Below are positions 20,841 to 30,469 of a DNA stretch of 64,000 bases, piece by piece. Under the pieces are notes generated by a model. It made no database searches and was not told where the DNA came from. It worked only from the letters and a program-made list of their open reading frames with translations. Origin of the DNA: a bacterium (GTDB lineage Bacteria > Zhuqueibacterota > Zhuqueibacteria > Residuimicrobiales > Krinioviventaceae); NCBI GenBank assembly GCA_963693055.1, contig OY843751.1, positions 3,808,001 to 3,872,000 of the forward strand, written 5' to 3'. A program made the position numbers and the translations under genes. How positions within the stretch are numbered: the first letter of the stretch is position 1; the number at the start of each line of letters is the position of its first letter.

Positions 20841-21962
20841 ATGATTAACATTAATGACTTTATTATTGAAAAATACTATTCACTTTTTAAAGAATTCATC
20901 AAATCCAAAGATGACAAAGAATTTGATTCATTTGCAAATTCAAATTATATAAAAAAACAAGAATTTTATAAATATGAACTTTTAGATCATGCTCACAAGA
21001 CGCTTGACATTGAAAATTTTGATATAGAAAGTGGACAATTAATCAATAAAATAATTGAATTAATTGAAGATCCCAATAACAATCTTGCATGGAACGACAG
21101 ACAGCACGCTAAACCTCACAACATTTTATTTGAAATTCATAAAAACCGATCAAAGAAAAATACTTTAGAACAATTACTCTATAATTTTTTCAATAATCAT
21201 CAAGATGATGAAATTGTGTTTAATAAACTGGTTAAAGAAATTGGAAAAAAATACAGCGTACTTGCCTATCTGTTTTTCATCAAAGATCCAAATAAATATC
21301 TGCCCATTGCACCCAGAAATTTTGACAAGGCTTTTGTGAAATTAAAAATTGATTTTGCAACAAGTAACAAGTGTTCCTGGGACAATTATACAACTTTTAT
21401 TGAAATACTAGTCCAAATTCAAGCATTTCTTAACACCAAACTTGATGAGAATGTTTCATTGGTTGATGCACATTCTTTTTTATGGATTTTAGTTAAACAA
21501 ATGGAATATGATGGAATTGATCTGGATAACCAATCTAAATCAGCGATTGATAAATTCAACAATCTCCCCCAAAAAGATAGAGAAACTGTAACAAAATCAA
21601 GAGTAGGGCAAGGAAAATTTCGTCTGGATGTTATTAAATACTGGGAAAATTGTGCAGTGACCCATTGCCCCGAAGAAAAACTATTGATTGCGTCGCATAT
21701 TAAACCATGGAACGCTTGCGATCCGCTTGAAGCAATGGACCCATTTAACGGTATTTTACTTTCCCCCAATATCGATAAAGCTTTTGACAAGGGTTATATC
21801 TCTTTTAACGACAAAGGGTCAATCCTTATCTCAAAAGAACATTCAAATGACCTGCAAATTCTTGGGATAAATACTAACATGAAACTTGGTAAACTCGCCC
21901 CCAAGCATGAAAAATACTTGCAATATCACAGACAACATATCTTTAAAAAAGAAAATATTTAA
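20841..21962 (+). CDS. HNH endonuclease with unknown N-terminal domain (Type IV restriction-like)
   Basis: C-terminal RVGQGKFR...CAVT...LIASHIKPW...NGILLSPNIDKAFDKGYISF; GGAG RBS; very AT-rich. Confidence 0.85.
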   Translation: MININDFIIEKYYSLFKEFIKSKDDKEFDSFANSNYIKKQEFYKYELLDHAHKTLDIENFDIESGQLINKIIELIEDPNNNLAWNDRQHAKPHNILFEIHKNRSKKNTLEQLLYNFFNNHQDDEIVFNKLVKEIGKKYSVLAYLFFIKDPNKYLPIAPRNFDKAFVKLKIDFATSNKCSWDNYTTFIEILVQIQAFLNTKLDENVSLVDAHSFLWILVKQMEYDGIDLDNQSKSAIDKFNNLPQKDRETVTKSRVGQGKFRLDVIKYWENCAVTHCPEEKLLIASHIKPWNACDPLEAMDPFNGILLSPNIDKAFDKGYISFNDKGSILISKEHSNDLQILGINTNMKLGKLAPKHEKYLQYHRQHIFKKENI

Positions 21963-21971
21963 GCAACATTA

Positions 21972-22002
21972 TAAAACCTTCCCGGCAATTCATCCGGGAA
22001 GG
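21972..22002. terminator. Terminator hairpin between convergent genes
   Basis: CCTTCCCGG-N8-CCGGGAAGG perfect 9-bp stem; T run on the minus strand. Confidence 0.7.
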
Positions 22003-22015
22003 CTATTCAATATAC

Positions 22016-24628
22016 TTAACTACTCTCTCCTGCCAGTGTAACCTCTACCTTGTTCTTTGCGGTTACATTACCGTTCATATCCTCGACTTTGACTACCAGC
22101 TCGTATGTGCCGGGTTTGACATTACCCAGATCCAGATTGACATACACCGGCTCGTCCCGCGAGGCACCCTGGTACTCAAATGACGTACCCGTAATACCCT
22201 TGTCCCGTCTCATGATCGTATTGAACAATCCGTGCAAAACGGTAGGAGGTTCATCAATACCAATATTTTGTATTGTACAAGTCACACGATACTTTGTCTG
22301 GTCATTTTGTCCGTAAAGCAGGTTATAGATTTCAAAATAGAGCCCTACCATCTGCCCCTTGGAAAAAGCATTAAACATATGAGGATAATAATAAACCTCA
22401 CCTTTTTTAAATTTCTCGCCTTGACCTTCGCCGCCTATTTCTGCGGAAAGTAAAATATCACTGATTTCCAGTTGGTTGTTGCTGTAATCTTTGATCTTTA
22501 ACGTATCACGAAAGACAGCACGACGTTTGGAGACCTGGTCATAGACCTGCATCTCGTAATTATAAGTTGCAGGATCAAGATCAAAGCGTTCCACATCCAC
22601 AATATTGCTCTTTGCCCAGCGATTCATATCCATTTGTACATCAAGAATGGTATTTTCGTTAACGCGTTCAACTTCGTTCCAGTTGCTGTCATAAAAATTG
22701 TAATAATTGGCGAGTTTTATTATGCTTAAACCATGCGTTGTATCCAGCTGCACATTTTGTCCATCTACACTGTAATACAACTCGGTTTCAGTTTTGCCGT
22801 CGTCTCCCTTGAAACTGAGATAAGTAAAAGGAACGGTCATGGGGTCTTCAGCAAATTGATATTTACTGGATTCGGTCTGCAATGCAGCTTTAACTGATTC
22901 TATTGATTCTTCTTTGATTGTATTGGTATACTGTTGAATTACGCTTGCTACCGGCTGCATACTATTAAATGATTCTTCACCCAGGCGTTGATAAATGGGA
23001 TCCAGAAACTCGCGATTCGCAACAGTATAGGGTACGGCTTCAATAATCCAGCCGCTTTTACCGGTATATTTCTTGAAATGGAATGTCATTACATCGTGAT
23101 CATCTGTGGCATAATACTGCCAGGAAATATTCATGGGCATATTGTGAAAAAAGCCATTAGACGCAAGCGATTCGCCATTAAAGGGTTGAGGAACTTTGAA
23201 ATGACGACTCGCGGTAATCATATTTCCATCTACACCGGAACCCGACGAGGTAACGCCGGTTGCCTCTGTCATGCTGGTATATTGCGTACCGCCAAAACCG
23301 CTTGTACCCTGGTTGCCCAATTCCGCTTTTTCATTGAGGTAGGGTTGACCATTAACAACTGTATTTGCAGCAGCAGAAGGATGATAATAAACGGGAATTC
23401 CATCACCGGAAGTGACTTTATTATCGGGAGCGCCATGACGCATAAAAATCACACCCATATCATCAAGCTGCCGGTCACGTGGTAAGGCAACAATATTACA
23501 ATATTCTCGTAACAGCTTGTCACCTTCAATATTGAATTGAGAATAGGGATGCATGGTAGAGTGAACCATATACATCTTGTCTATATCATCTTGTGAGAAA
23601 TAACGGATAAAGTATTTATGCGCAAAATCCAAACGATCATAATACTCGGCAATAAACTCGTTATTCGATGTACTCAGATTGGGATCACGCTTGTTCCAAA
23701 ACCGTTTATAAAATGCGAACAAATCAAACAGGTCCGTTTTTTGATACTCGGCATATTCATCATTATCCATCAAATAACACACTTCATTAAACAGAGTATT
23801 AATAGAGACACTGTCTTTTAAAGCCTTTAAAGCTGTCCAATAATAATTTTCAGCAATTTTGGGGCGATCGAGTTGGAAATAGTTTTTAGCGCTTAGCAGG
23901 TTGATATCAAATTGTGAAACATCAGGGAAATTTTGGCGCATTGCATCCAAACGTTTCAGGCTTTCTTTAAATTTATCCTGATAAAACTCCATCTTTGCCA
24001 TTCCCAACTGAAGCTCGTAATACTCGGGATTGTCTTTTACCAGCTTTTCAAAAATGGATAAACAATCATCATATTTCTGATAAATGATTGAAATATCAAT
24101 TAACGATTCGATCAATCTTGAATTATCAGGATTTTTCTTGATACCATCCTCTAACGCACCAATAGCTTCACCAACCCATTCCACCTCTACATGCAATTTG
24201 GCAATTTCAAGATAAGCATCAATAAGGTGCTCGTCACGTCGAACAGCTTTTTTCAAATTATCCAGCGCTTTGAGATTACCGTTTTCCATGTACTTGTATG
24301 TCATACCGATCTGATAATACGCCATTGCGTAATTTTTATCATAACGGATGGCACGTTCAAATTTATCTATAGCGTCATCAGGTTCACCCTGGGCACGCTT
24401 TAAAAGTCCCATTCCATACCAAGCCTGGGGCAGCTTTTTGTTCTTGTTGAGCAGAGACTGCAATACAGTTTCAGCTTTATTATAATCCTGGTTTTCAATA
24501 AAATTCAGGGCTTGTTTATAGTCACTTTTCCAGGCTGTATCAGATTCGTTTTGAGCAAGTAGAGCAATAGAGAAAACCATAACAAGAGCAAAAATTAAAA
24601 ACACATTAAATCTTTTTAATTCATACAT
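22016..24628 (-). CDS. TPR + GWxTD-domain protein
   Basis: Signal peptide, TPRs, FWNKRDPNLST..NEFIAEYYDRLDFAHKYF and DDMGVIFMRHGAPD (GWxTD-like), C-terminal ISDILL...LYFEIYNL...PGTYELVVKVED. Confidence 0.8.
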   Translation of the reverse strand: MYELKRFNVFLIFALVMVFSIALLAQNESDTAWKSDYKQALNFIENQDYNKAETVLQSLLNKNKKLPQAWYGMGLLKRAQGEPDDAIDKFERAIRYDKNYAMAYYQIGMTYKYMENGNLKALDNLKKAVRRDEHLIDAYLEIAKLHVEVEWVGEAIGALEDGIKKNPDNSRLIESLIDISIIYQKYDDCLSIFEKLVKDNPEYYELQLGMAKMEFYQDKFKESLKRLDAMRQNFPDVSQFDINLLSAKNYFQLDRPKIAENYYWTALKALKDSVSINTLFNEVCYLMDNDEYAEYQKTDLFDLFAFYKRFWNKRDPNLSTSNNEFIAEYYDRLDFAHKYFIRYFSQDDIDKMYMVHSTMHPYSQFNIEGDKLLREYCNIVALPRDRQLDDMGVIFMRHGAPDNKVTSGDGIPVYYHPSAAANTVVNGQPYLNEKAELGNQGTSGFGGTQYTSMTEATGVTSSGSGVDGNMITASRHFKVPQPFNGESLASNGFFHNMPMNISWQYYATDDHDVMTFHFKKYTGKSGWIIEAVPYTVANREFLDPIYQRLGEESFNSMQPVASVIQQYTNTIKEESIESVKAALQTESSKYQFAEDPMTVPFTYLSFKGDDGKTETELYYSVDGQNVQLDTTHGLSIIKLANYYNFYDSNWNEVERVNENTILDVQMDMNRWAKSNIVDVERFDLDPATYNYEMQVYDQVSKRRAVFRDTLKIKDYSNNQLEISDILLSAEIGGEGQGEKFKKGEVYYYPHMFNAFSKGQMVGLYFEIYNLLYGQNDQTKYRVTCTIQNIGIDEPPTVLHGLFNTIMRRDKGITGTSFEYQGASRDEPVYVNLDLGNVKPGTYELVVKVEDMNGNVTAKNKVEVTLAGESS

Positions 24629-24966
24629 AGTTGTTACTCCATGGTTTACATTATGTTACTAGTATAACGATTTAGAATTGAAAATGTTTACATATTTCTC
24701 ACAACTTTTTAAAAAGCATTATATAATTCCATATTACGCAATTACACTATATTTGACAAACAAGCATAATACTGCATTCCCAAAAAATTTCAAATAATAT
24801 CAGAACTTGCTTATAATACAAAGGTTAATATAAAAAAAGCAATTGTAACTTGATCCTCGTTTTATAAATAATTATGTTGAATACGCTTCAGATTAAAATC
24901 ATATTTTTTTATTTTGCCGCAATGTTTCCATACGTAAAATTGTTATGTAAACACTTAAACTAGTAA

Positions 24967-25872
24967 ATGGGGTATTCAATGGAAAGTAAGGCTGGTCAAG
25001 AAATTCGTGCGTTTCATATCTTTCTAGTTATTTTATACATACTCTCTTTTATTTCAATCATATACTTTTTTTATAAAGGCTGGGATTATTATTCAACCCC
25101 CTTTCCTGAAAGACCCCGCCATGATGGTTACACACTCTTGAAACCCGGTGGAAATTACGGACATGGATTTGGCATTATTGGGTCCCTCATGATGCTTATT
25201 ATGTTATTGTACTCTATACGCAAGCGTGCACAAATATTTTACAAGTTGGGAAATATTACCAAATGGCTGGATATACATATCTATCTTGGCATTTTTGGTC
25301 CTTTGTTAATTATACTGCACAGTTCTTTCAAAGTAAACGGCCTGGTTGCAATCAGCTTTTACTCTATGCTGGCGGTTGCGCTTAGTGGTATAATTGGTCG
25401 TTATCTGTATTTACAAATCCCCCGTAACATACAAGGGCATGAGCTATCATTACTTGAACTCAAAAACATGGATGCTCAACTCTCTAAAAAATTAAAAAAT
25501 GAGTTTGATTTTTCAGATGACATGATTTCAAAACTGGAGCATTTGACCAAAAGCAGCCACCTCGAATCCCAAAATTCAATGGTTTTTCTGGTTAAATTGT
25601 TATTGGATGATATTTACAGAGCCAGAGTTTTTCGCACATTTAAAAAAGAAAATGCTTTTATAAAGAAATTGCCACCCAAACAGGTAAAAGATCTTTTAAA
25701 AATAGCTCGCAATAAAGTGATTCTTCACCGTAGAATTCTTGCATTGAATAAAATACAACAGCTCTTTCACTATTGGCACGTTATTCATAAACCTTTTGCA
25801 ATCATTATGATTATTATCATGTTTGTTCATATTGCAATTGCAATTACATTTGGATATAAATGGATATTCTAA
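24967..25872 (+). CDS. His-rich polytopic membrane protein, putative heme b / ferric-reductase-like TM subunit
   Basis: About 5-6 TMs with histidines HGFG, WLDIHIYLG, ILHSSFK, YWHVIHKPF, FVHIA; first gene of the cytochrome operon. Confidence 0.65.
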   Translation: MGYSMESKAGQEIRAFHIFLVILYILSFISIIYFFYKGWDYYSTPFPERPRHDGYTLLKPGGNYGHGFGIIGSLMMLIMLLYSIRKRAQIFYKLGNITKWLDIHIYLGIFGPLLIILHSSFKVNGLVAISFYSMLAVALSGIIGRYLYLQIPRNIQGHELSLLELKNMDAQLSKKLKNEFDFSDDMISKLEHLTKSSHLESQNSMVFLVKLLLDDIYRARVFRTFKKENAFIKKLPPKQVKDLLKIARNKVILHRRILALNKIQQLFHYWHVIHKPFAIIMIIIMFVHIAIAITFGYKWIF

Positions 25873-25873
25873 A

Positions 25874-27553
25874 ATGAAAGCACAATTCTTTGTTGTACTG
25901 ATCCTGCTTTTATCACTGCCCGCATTTGCGCAATTGTCCCCGGGAAAACTGCACCAATCCCATGCGGATCTTGAAGGTTTGGAAAACTGTTCCAATTGTC
26001 ATCAATTCAAAAGAAAAATCAGTGCTGACAATTGTCTGGATTGTCACATGATTTTAAACAATAGAATTGCATCCGGCAGGGGGCTGCATGCAAATGACGA
26101 GTATAATGAATGTGAAAAATGCCACATAGAACATCAGGGGCGAGATTATGATCTGATATACTGGCCAGATGGAAAAGACAATTTTAAACATGAGCTCACA
26201 GGCTATCATCTTGAAGGCAAGCATTCTCAGCTGAATTGCAGTCAGTGTCATCAATCCCAAAATATAACCAACAAAGCACTGTTTCTTGAAAAGAAAAAGG
26301 ATCTCAATAAAACCCTGCTGGGCCTTGATGAAGATTGCCTTTCATGCCACCATGATGAACATCGTTCCCAATTCACTCAGGAATGCATCACCTGCCATAC
26401 GATGGAAGGTTGGAAGCCTGCAAAAAAGTTTAATCATCAAAACACCCATTTTAGTTTAACCGGCAAACATCAACAAGTAGATTGTGTAAAATGCCATCCA
26501 CAAATCACCGATAATAAATACAATGCACATCCTTCTTTTTCAAAATATAGCAATCTCGAGTATCAAAATTGCATCAACTGCCATCAGGATGTGCATAATA
26601 ATAAATTTGGTTCCAATTGCGAATCCTGCCACAACACATCAGGATGGAAAACTGTGAACCATAACCAGTTTGATCACAACCGTACATCCTTCCCATTAAA
26701 AGGGAAACACATCACAACGGCTTGTGAACAGTGCCATTTACCCGGCAGACCCATTAAAATTAACAAATATGACAGGTGTGCTGATTGTCATACGGATTAC
26801 CATAAAAACCAATTCACCAAAACCGAACATATTGGCAATTGTGAACAATGCCATACCGAACAGGGCTTTACTCCATCGCTATTTACAATTGAAAAGCATA
26901 ATAACCTGGATTTCCATCTGGAAGGTAGTCACAAAGCCGTTCCGTGTATTGCCTGCCACAAAAAAATCAATACGGGCACCAGTTATGAAACCATTCAATT
27001 CCATTATCCAGATAAAAAATGCAGTTCCTGTCACAAAGATCCACATAATGGTCAAGTCAATAAATTCACCTCACAACAGGGATGTGAAGCATGCCACTCT
27101 GTTGCAAGCTGGTACACAATCAATTTTGATCACAATCAGACAAAATTCCCTCTTGAGGGTCGCCATAAAAATGTTTCATGCGCACAATGTCACGTGGAAG
27201 AGGATCTGTCAAAGAACAAGACCTATGCCTTTGTTAATCTTGTTTCAGATTGCCAGTCATGTCACAATGATGTTCATCTGGGGCAATTCCGGGAAGACCA
27301 ACTTGTAAACGGAAATAACCATACCAACTGTGATAGATGCCATACTCCCGCAAACTGGATTGCTGAAAAGTTTGAACATAATAGAGACGCCTCATTCAAA
27401 CTTGATGGTGCTCACCAGTCAGTCCCATGTAATGACTGCCATAAAGAATTATCATTAAAAGGCAACAAGTTTAGATTATATAAACCCCTGCGCTCGGATT
27501 GTAAATTCTGTCATACCCCTTCAAAAAAAACTAACGATACCAGGTCAAACTAA
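25874..27553 (+). CDS. Multiheme c-type cytochrome, 20 CxxCH
   Basis: Signal peptide MKAQFF...AFAQ, LSPGKLH start, 20 CxxCH counted, repeated F(D/N)H..T.FPL.G.H triheme modules. Confidence 0.92.
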   Translation: MKAQFFVVLILLLSLPAFAQLSPGKLHQSHADLEGLENCSNCHQFKRKISADNCLDCHMILNNRIASGRGLHANDEYNECEKCHIEHQGRDYDLIYWPDGKDNFKHELTGYHLEGKHSQLNCSQCHQSQNITNKALFLEKKKDLNKTLLGLDEDCLSCHHDEHRSQFTQECITCHTMEGWKPAKKFNHQNTHFSLTGKHQQVDCVKCHPQITDNKYNAHPSFSKYSNLEYQNCINCHQDVHNNKFGSNCESCHNTSGWKTVNHNQFDHNRTSFPLKGKHITTACEQCHLPGRPIKINKYDRCADCHTDYHKNQFTKTEHIGNCEQCHTEQGFTPSLFTIEKHNNLDFHLEGSHKAVPCIACHKKINTGTSYETIQFHYPDKKCSSCHKDPHNGQVNKFTSQQGCEACHSVASWYTINFDHNQTKFPLEGRHKNVSCAQCHVEEDLSKNKTYAFVNLVSDCQSCHNDVHLGQFREDQLVNGNNHTNCDRCHTPANWIAEKFEHNRDASFKLDGAHQSVPCNDCHKELSLKGNKFRLYKPLRSDCKFCHTPSKKTNDTRSN

Positions 27554-29664
27554 TGAAAGCCGTATCTATGAAATATTTATTATTTCTACTTTTACTGCTG
27601 AATTCAATATTATTAGCAGTAACCAGTCCTCATGGGGATATAAAAATACCCTGCGAAACCTGTCATACTCCGGCTAACTGGCAGGTTAACAGAGAAACCT
27701 TAAAATTTGATCATAACAGCACCGGGTATCCGTTAACAGGTGTGCATAGCCAGATAGATTGCAAAGACTGCCATGAGAGTCTGGTTTTTCATCAAACTGG
27801 TGTGCAATGTATGGATTGCCATACAGATATTCACCAGGGACAGTTGGGCAAAGAATGCGAAACCTGTCATACCCCCTTAAACTGGGAAAACCGGCAGAAT
27901 ATGCTAAAAGACCATTCTCTTTTACGCTTTCCCTTGTATGGTGCACATGAACGCATTGATTGCGACGACTGTCACCATGCCGGCTTGACAGAATATGCCA
28001 ACACCCCTGTTGAATGTATCTATTGCCATGCGGATGACTATAACTCAACCCAAAATCCTGATCATAAAGAAGCACAATTCCCCACAACCTGTGATGACTG
28101 CCACCCCATACAATCTCTTACCTGGCAAACCCGTGAATTTGATCATTCATTTTACCCATTGACCGGTGCGCATCAAAATGTAACCTGTGCAGATTGCCAC
28201 CACGGTACCTATACCAACACGCCCAATACATGTTATGGATGCCATAACACAGACTATGCGGCTACTATCGATCCCAATCATCAGGCATTTGGGTTCGATA
28301 CAGACTGTTCACAATGTCACACTACTGATACATGGACCCGGACTGCGTTCGATCACTATCAAGCATCCGGCTTTGAATTGATTGGTGCGCACCAGACATT
28401 ACAATGCAGTCAATGCCACATCAACAATCAGGGAACCGGATTACAAAGAGATTGTTATGGCTGTCATTTAACAGATTACAATTCCGTCAAAGAACCTGAC
28501 CATCAACTTGGTCAATATCCTCACGAATGTACAATGTGCCACAATGTGAACAATTGGAGCCCTGCCGACTTTGATCATAACCAGACCGGATTTCCCCTTA
28601 CAGGCGCTCACCAGGCTGTTGAATGTTCGGATTGTCACGAAAATAATGTTTATGCCGGAACTCCATCGGATTGCTACTCGTGTCACGAACCGGATTTCAA
28701 GTCCGTGACAGAACCCAATCACGTCACCGGTAATTTTGATCACGTATGTACCATCTGTCATTCCACAACCACATGGACACCAGCAACCTTTGATCATAAT
28801 AATACCGGTTTTCCGCTTACCGGAGCACATACAACAGCAACATGTCTGGATTGCCATGTTAATGGATATACCAATACGCCATCAGATTGCTACTCGTGCC
28901 ACGAACCGGATTTCAAGTCCGTGACAGAGCCCAATCACGTCACCAGTAATTTTGATCATGTGTGCACTATCTGCCACTCTACAACCGCTTGGACACCCGC
29001 AACCTTTGATCATAATAATACCGGTTTTCCGCTTACCGGAGCACATACAACAGCAACATGTCTGGATTGCCATGTTAATGGATATACTAATACGCCGTCA
29101 GATTGCTATTCGTGCCACGAACCGGATTTCAAGTCCGTGACAGAGCCCAATCACGTCACCGGTAATTTTGATCACGTTTGCACTATCTGCCACTCCACAA
29201 CCGCATGGACACCAGCAACCTTTGATCATAATAATACCGGTTTTCCGCTTACCGGAGCACATACAACAGCAACATGTCTGGATTGCCATGTTAATGGATA
29301 TACCAATACACCAGCGGATTGTTTTTTCTGTCATGAAAACGAGTACAATAATACAACAGATCCCAATCATAAAGCTTCTCAATTCCCGGTTACCTGTCAG
29401 GATTGTCACAATACCAACAACTGGGAGCAAACCACCTGGGACCATGATGCCCGCTATTTCCCCATTTATTCCGGCGAGCATCGCGGAGAATGGGATGCAT
29501 GTTCTGATTGTCACACCAACGCATCAAATTATACCGTATTTGAATGTATCAACTGTCATGAGCATCAAAAATCTGAAATGGACAACGAACATGATGAAGT
29601 AAGAAACTATCAGTACCTGAGTACGGCTTGTTATAATTGTCACCCAAATGGGAAAGAAGATTAA
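27553..29664 (+). CDS. Multiheme c-type cytochrome, 28 CxxCH
   Basis: Signal peptide, 28 CxxCH counted, ~72-aa triheme modules; TAATG coupling to both neighbours. Confidence 0.92.
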   Translation: MKAVSMKYLLFLLLLLNSILLAVTSPHGDIKIPCETCHTPANWQVNRETLKFDHNSTGYPLTGVHSQIDCKDCHESLVFHQTGVQCMDCHTDIHQGQLGKECETCHTPLNWENRQNMLKDHSLLRFPLYGAHERIDCDDCHHAGLTEYANTPVECIYCHADDYNSTQNPDHKEAQFPTTCDDCHPIQSLTWQTREFDHSFYPLTGAHQNVTCADCHHGTYTNTPNTCYGCHNTDYAATIDPNHQAFGFDTDCSQCHTTDTWTRTAFDHYQASGFELIGAHQTLQCSQCHINNQGTGLQRDCYGCHLTDYNSVKEPDHQLGQYPHECTMCHNVNNWSPADFDHNQTGFPLTGAHQAVECSDCHENNVYAGTPSDCYSCHEPDFKSVTEPNHVTGNFDHVCTICHSTTTWTPATFDHNNTGFPLTGAHTTATCLDCHVNGYTNTPSDCYSCHEPDFKSVTEPNHVTSNFDHVCTICHSTTAWTPATFDHNNTGFPLTGAHTTATCLDCHVNGYTNTPSDCYSCHEPDFKSVTEPNHVTGNFDHVCTICHSTTAWTPATFDHNNTGFPLTGAHTTATCLDCHVNGYTNTPADCFFCHENEYNNTTDPNHKASQFPVTCQDCHNTNNWEQTTWDHDARYFPIYSGEHRGEWDACSDCHTNASNYTVFECINCHEHQKSEMDNEHDEVRNYQYLSTACYNCHPNGKED
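28660..29307 (+). repeat. Intragenic tandem repeat 3 x 216 bp (72-aa triheme module)
   Basis: Units start at 28660, 28876 and 29092 (TPSDCYSCH...CTICH...CLDCHVNGYTN); near-identical DNA. Confidence 0.95.
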
Positions 29665-30467
29665 TGAAAACAGCATTTAAAATCTTGATTTTTCTCAGTA
29701 TCTCTACAGCATTTTTTATCAATTATGTATACTCGAAAGACATACCCCACAAGCAATTGAAACTGGAATGTAACAGTTGTCACCTGACAGAAAACTGGAA
29801 TACTATTACGTTTGACCACAAGTCAACACAATTTCCACTGGATGGCAGGCACCATAACCTGGAATGCGTTGACTGCCACAATCTTGAAGATTTTTCTCAA
29901 ATCAGGATGGAATGCAAACAATGTCATCTTGATATTCACCAGGGGAAATTAACATATCCCTGTGACCAATGCCATACAACCAGTGGGTGGCAGGTCAAAG
30001 ATATTTTCAAGGTCCATGCCAATACAACATTCCCGGTACTGGGCGCGCACAGTCGGTTGGATTGCGATGCCTGCCATATATCAGAAATTGTGGGTGAATT
30101 TGCCCGCATTCAATCAGATTGTTATACCTGTCATGAACAGGATTACAAAAACACGACTGATCCCTCACACCAGGATTTTGGATTTAATCACAGATGCGAA
30201 GATTGCCACAGTATGCTCGCATGGTTTCCGGCAATGTTTGCCGAGCACGAATCCCGCTTCCCCATCTCTTCCGGAGCGCATGCAGGTGAATGGGAAAATT
30301 GCAATATCTGTCATACCAATCCCGGTAATTTCCAGATATTCAGTTGTCTCAACTGTCATGAGCATAATCAATCGAGTATGGTTGGAGAACATGACGAAAT
30401 AAGTGGATTTAGCTACAACAGTGATGCGTGTTACCGTTGTCATCATGATGGCAAAGCGGAGGATTAA
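29664..30467 (+). CDS. Decaheme c-type cytochrome, short paralog of the 28-heme protein
   Basis: Signal peptide MKTAFK..., 10 CxxCH; C-terminus (FPISSGAHAGEW...CLNCHEH...CYRCHHDGKAED) matches the upstream cytochrome. Confidence 0.9.
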   Translation: MKTAFKILIFLSISTAFFINYVYSKDIPHKQLKLECNSCHLTENWNTITFDHKSTQFPLDGRHHNLECVDCHNLEDFSQIRMECKQCHLDIHQGKLTYPCDQCHTTSGWQVKDIFKVHANTTFPVLGAHSRLDCDACHISEIVGEFARIQSDCYTCHEQDYKNTTDPSHQDFGFNHRCEDCHSMLAWFPAMFAEHESRFPISSGAHAGEWENCNICHTNPGNFQIFSCLNCHEHNQSSMVGEHDEISGFSYNSDACYRCHHDGKAED

Positions 30468-30469
30468 TT

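Noticed and set aside
28468-29602. Repeated short ORFs in other frames of the 28-heme gene
   Set aside because: Shadows of the 216-bp intragenic repeat.
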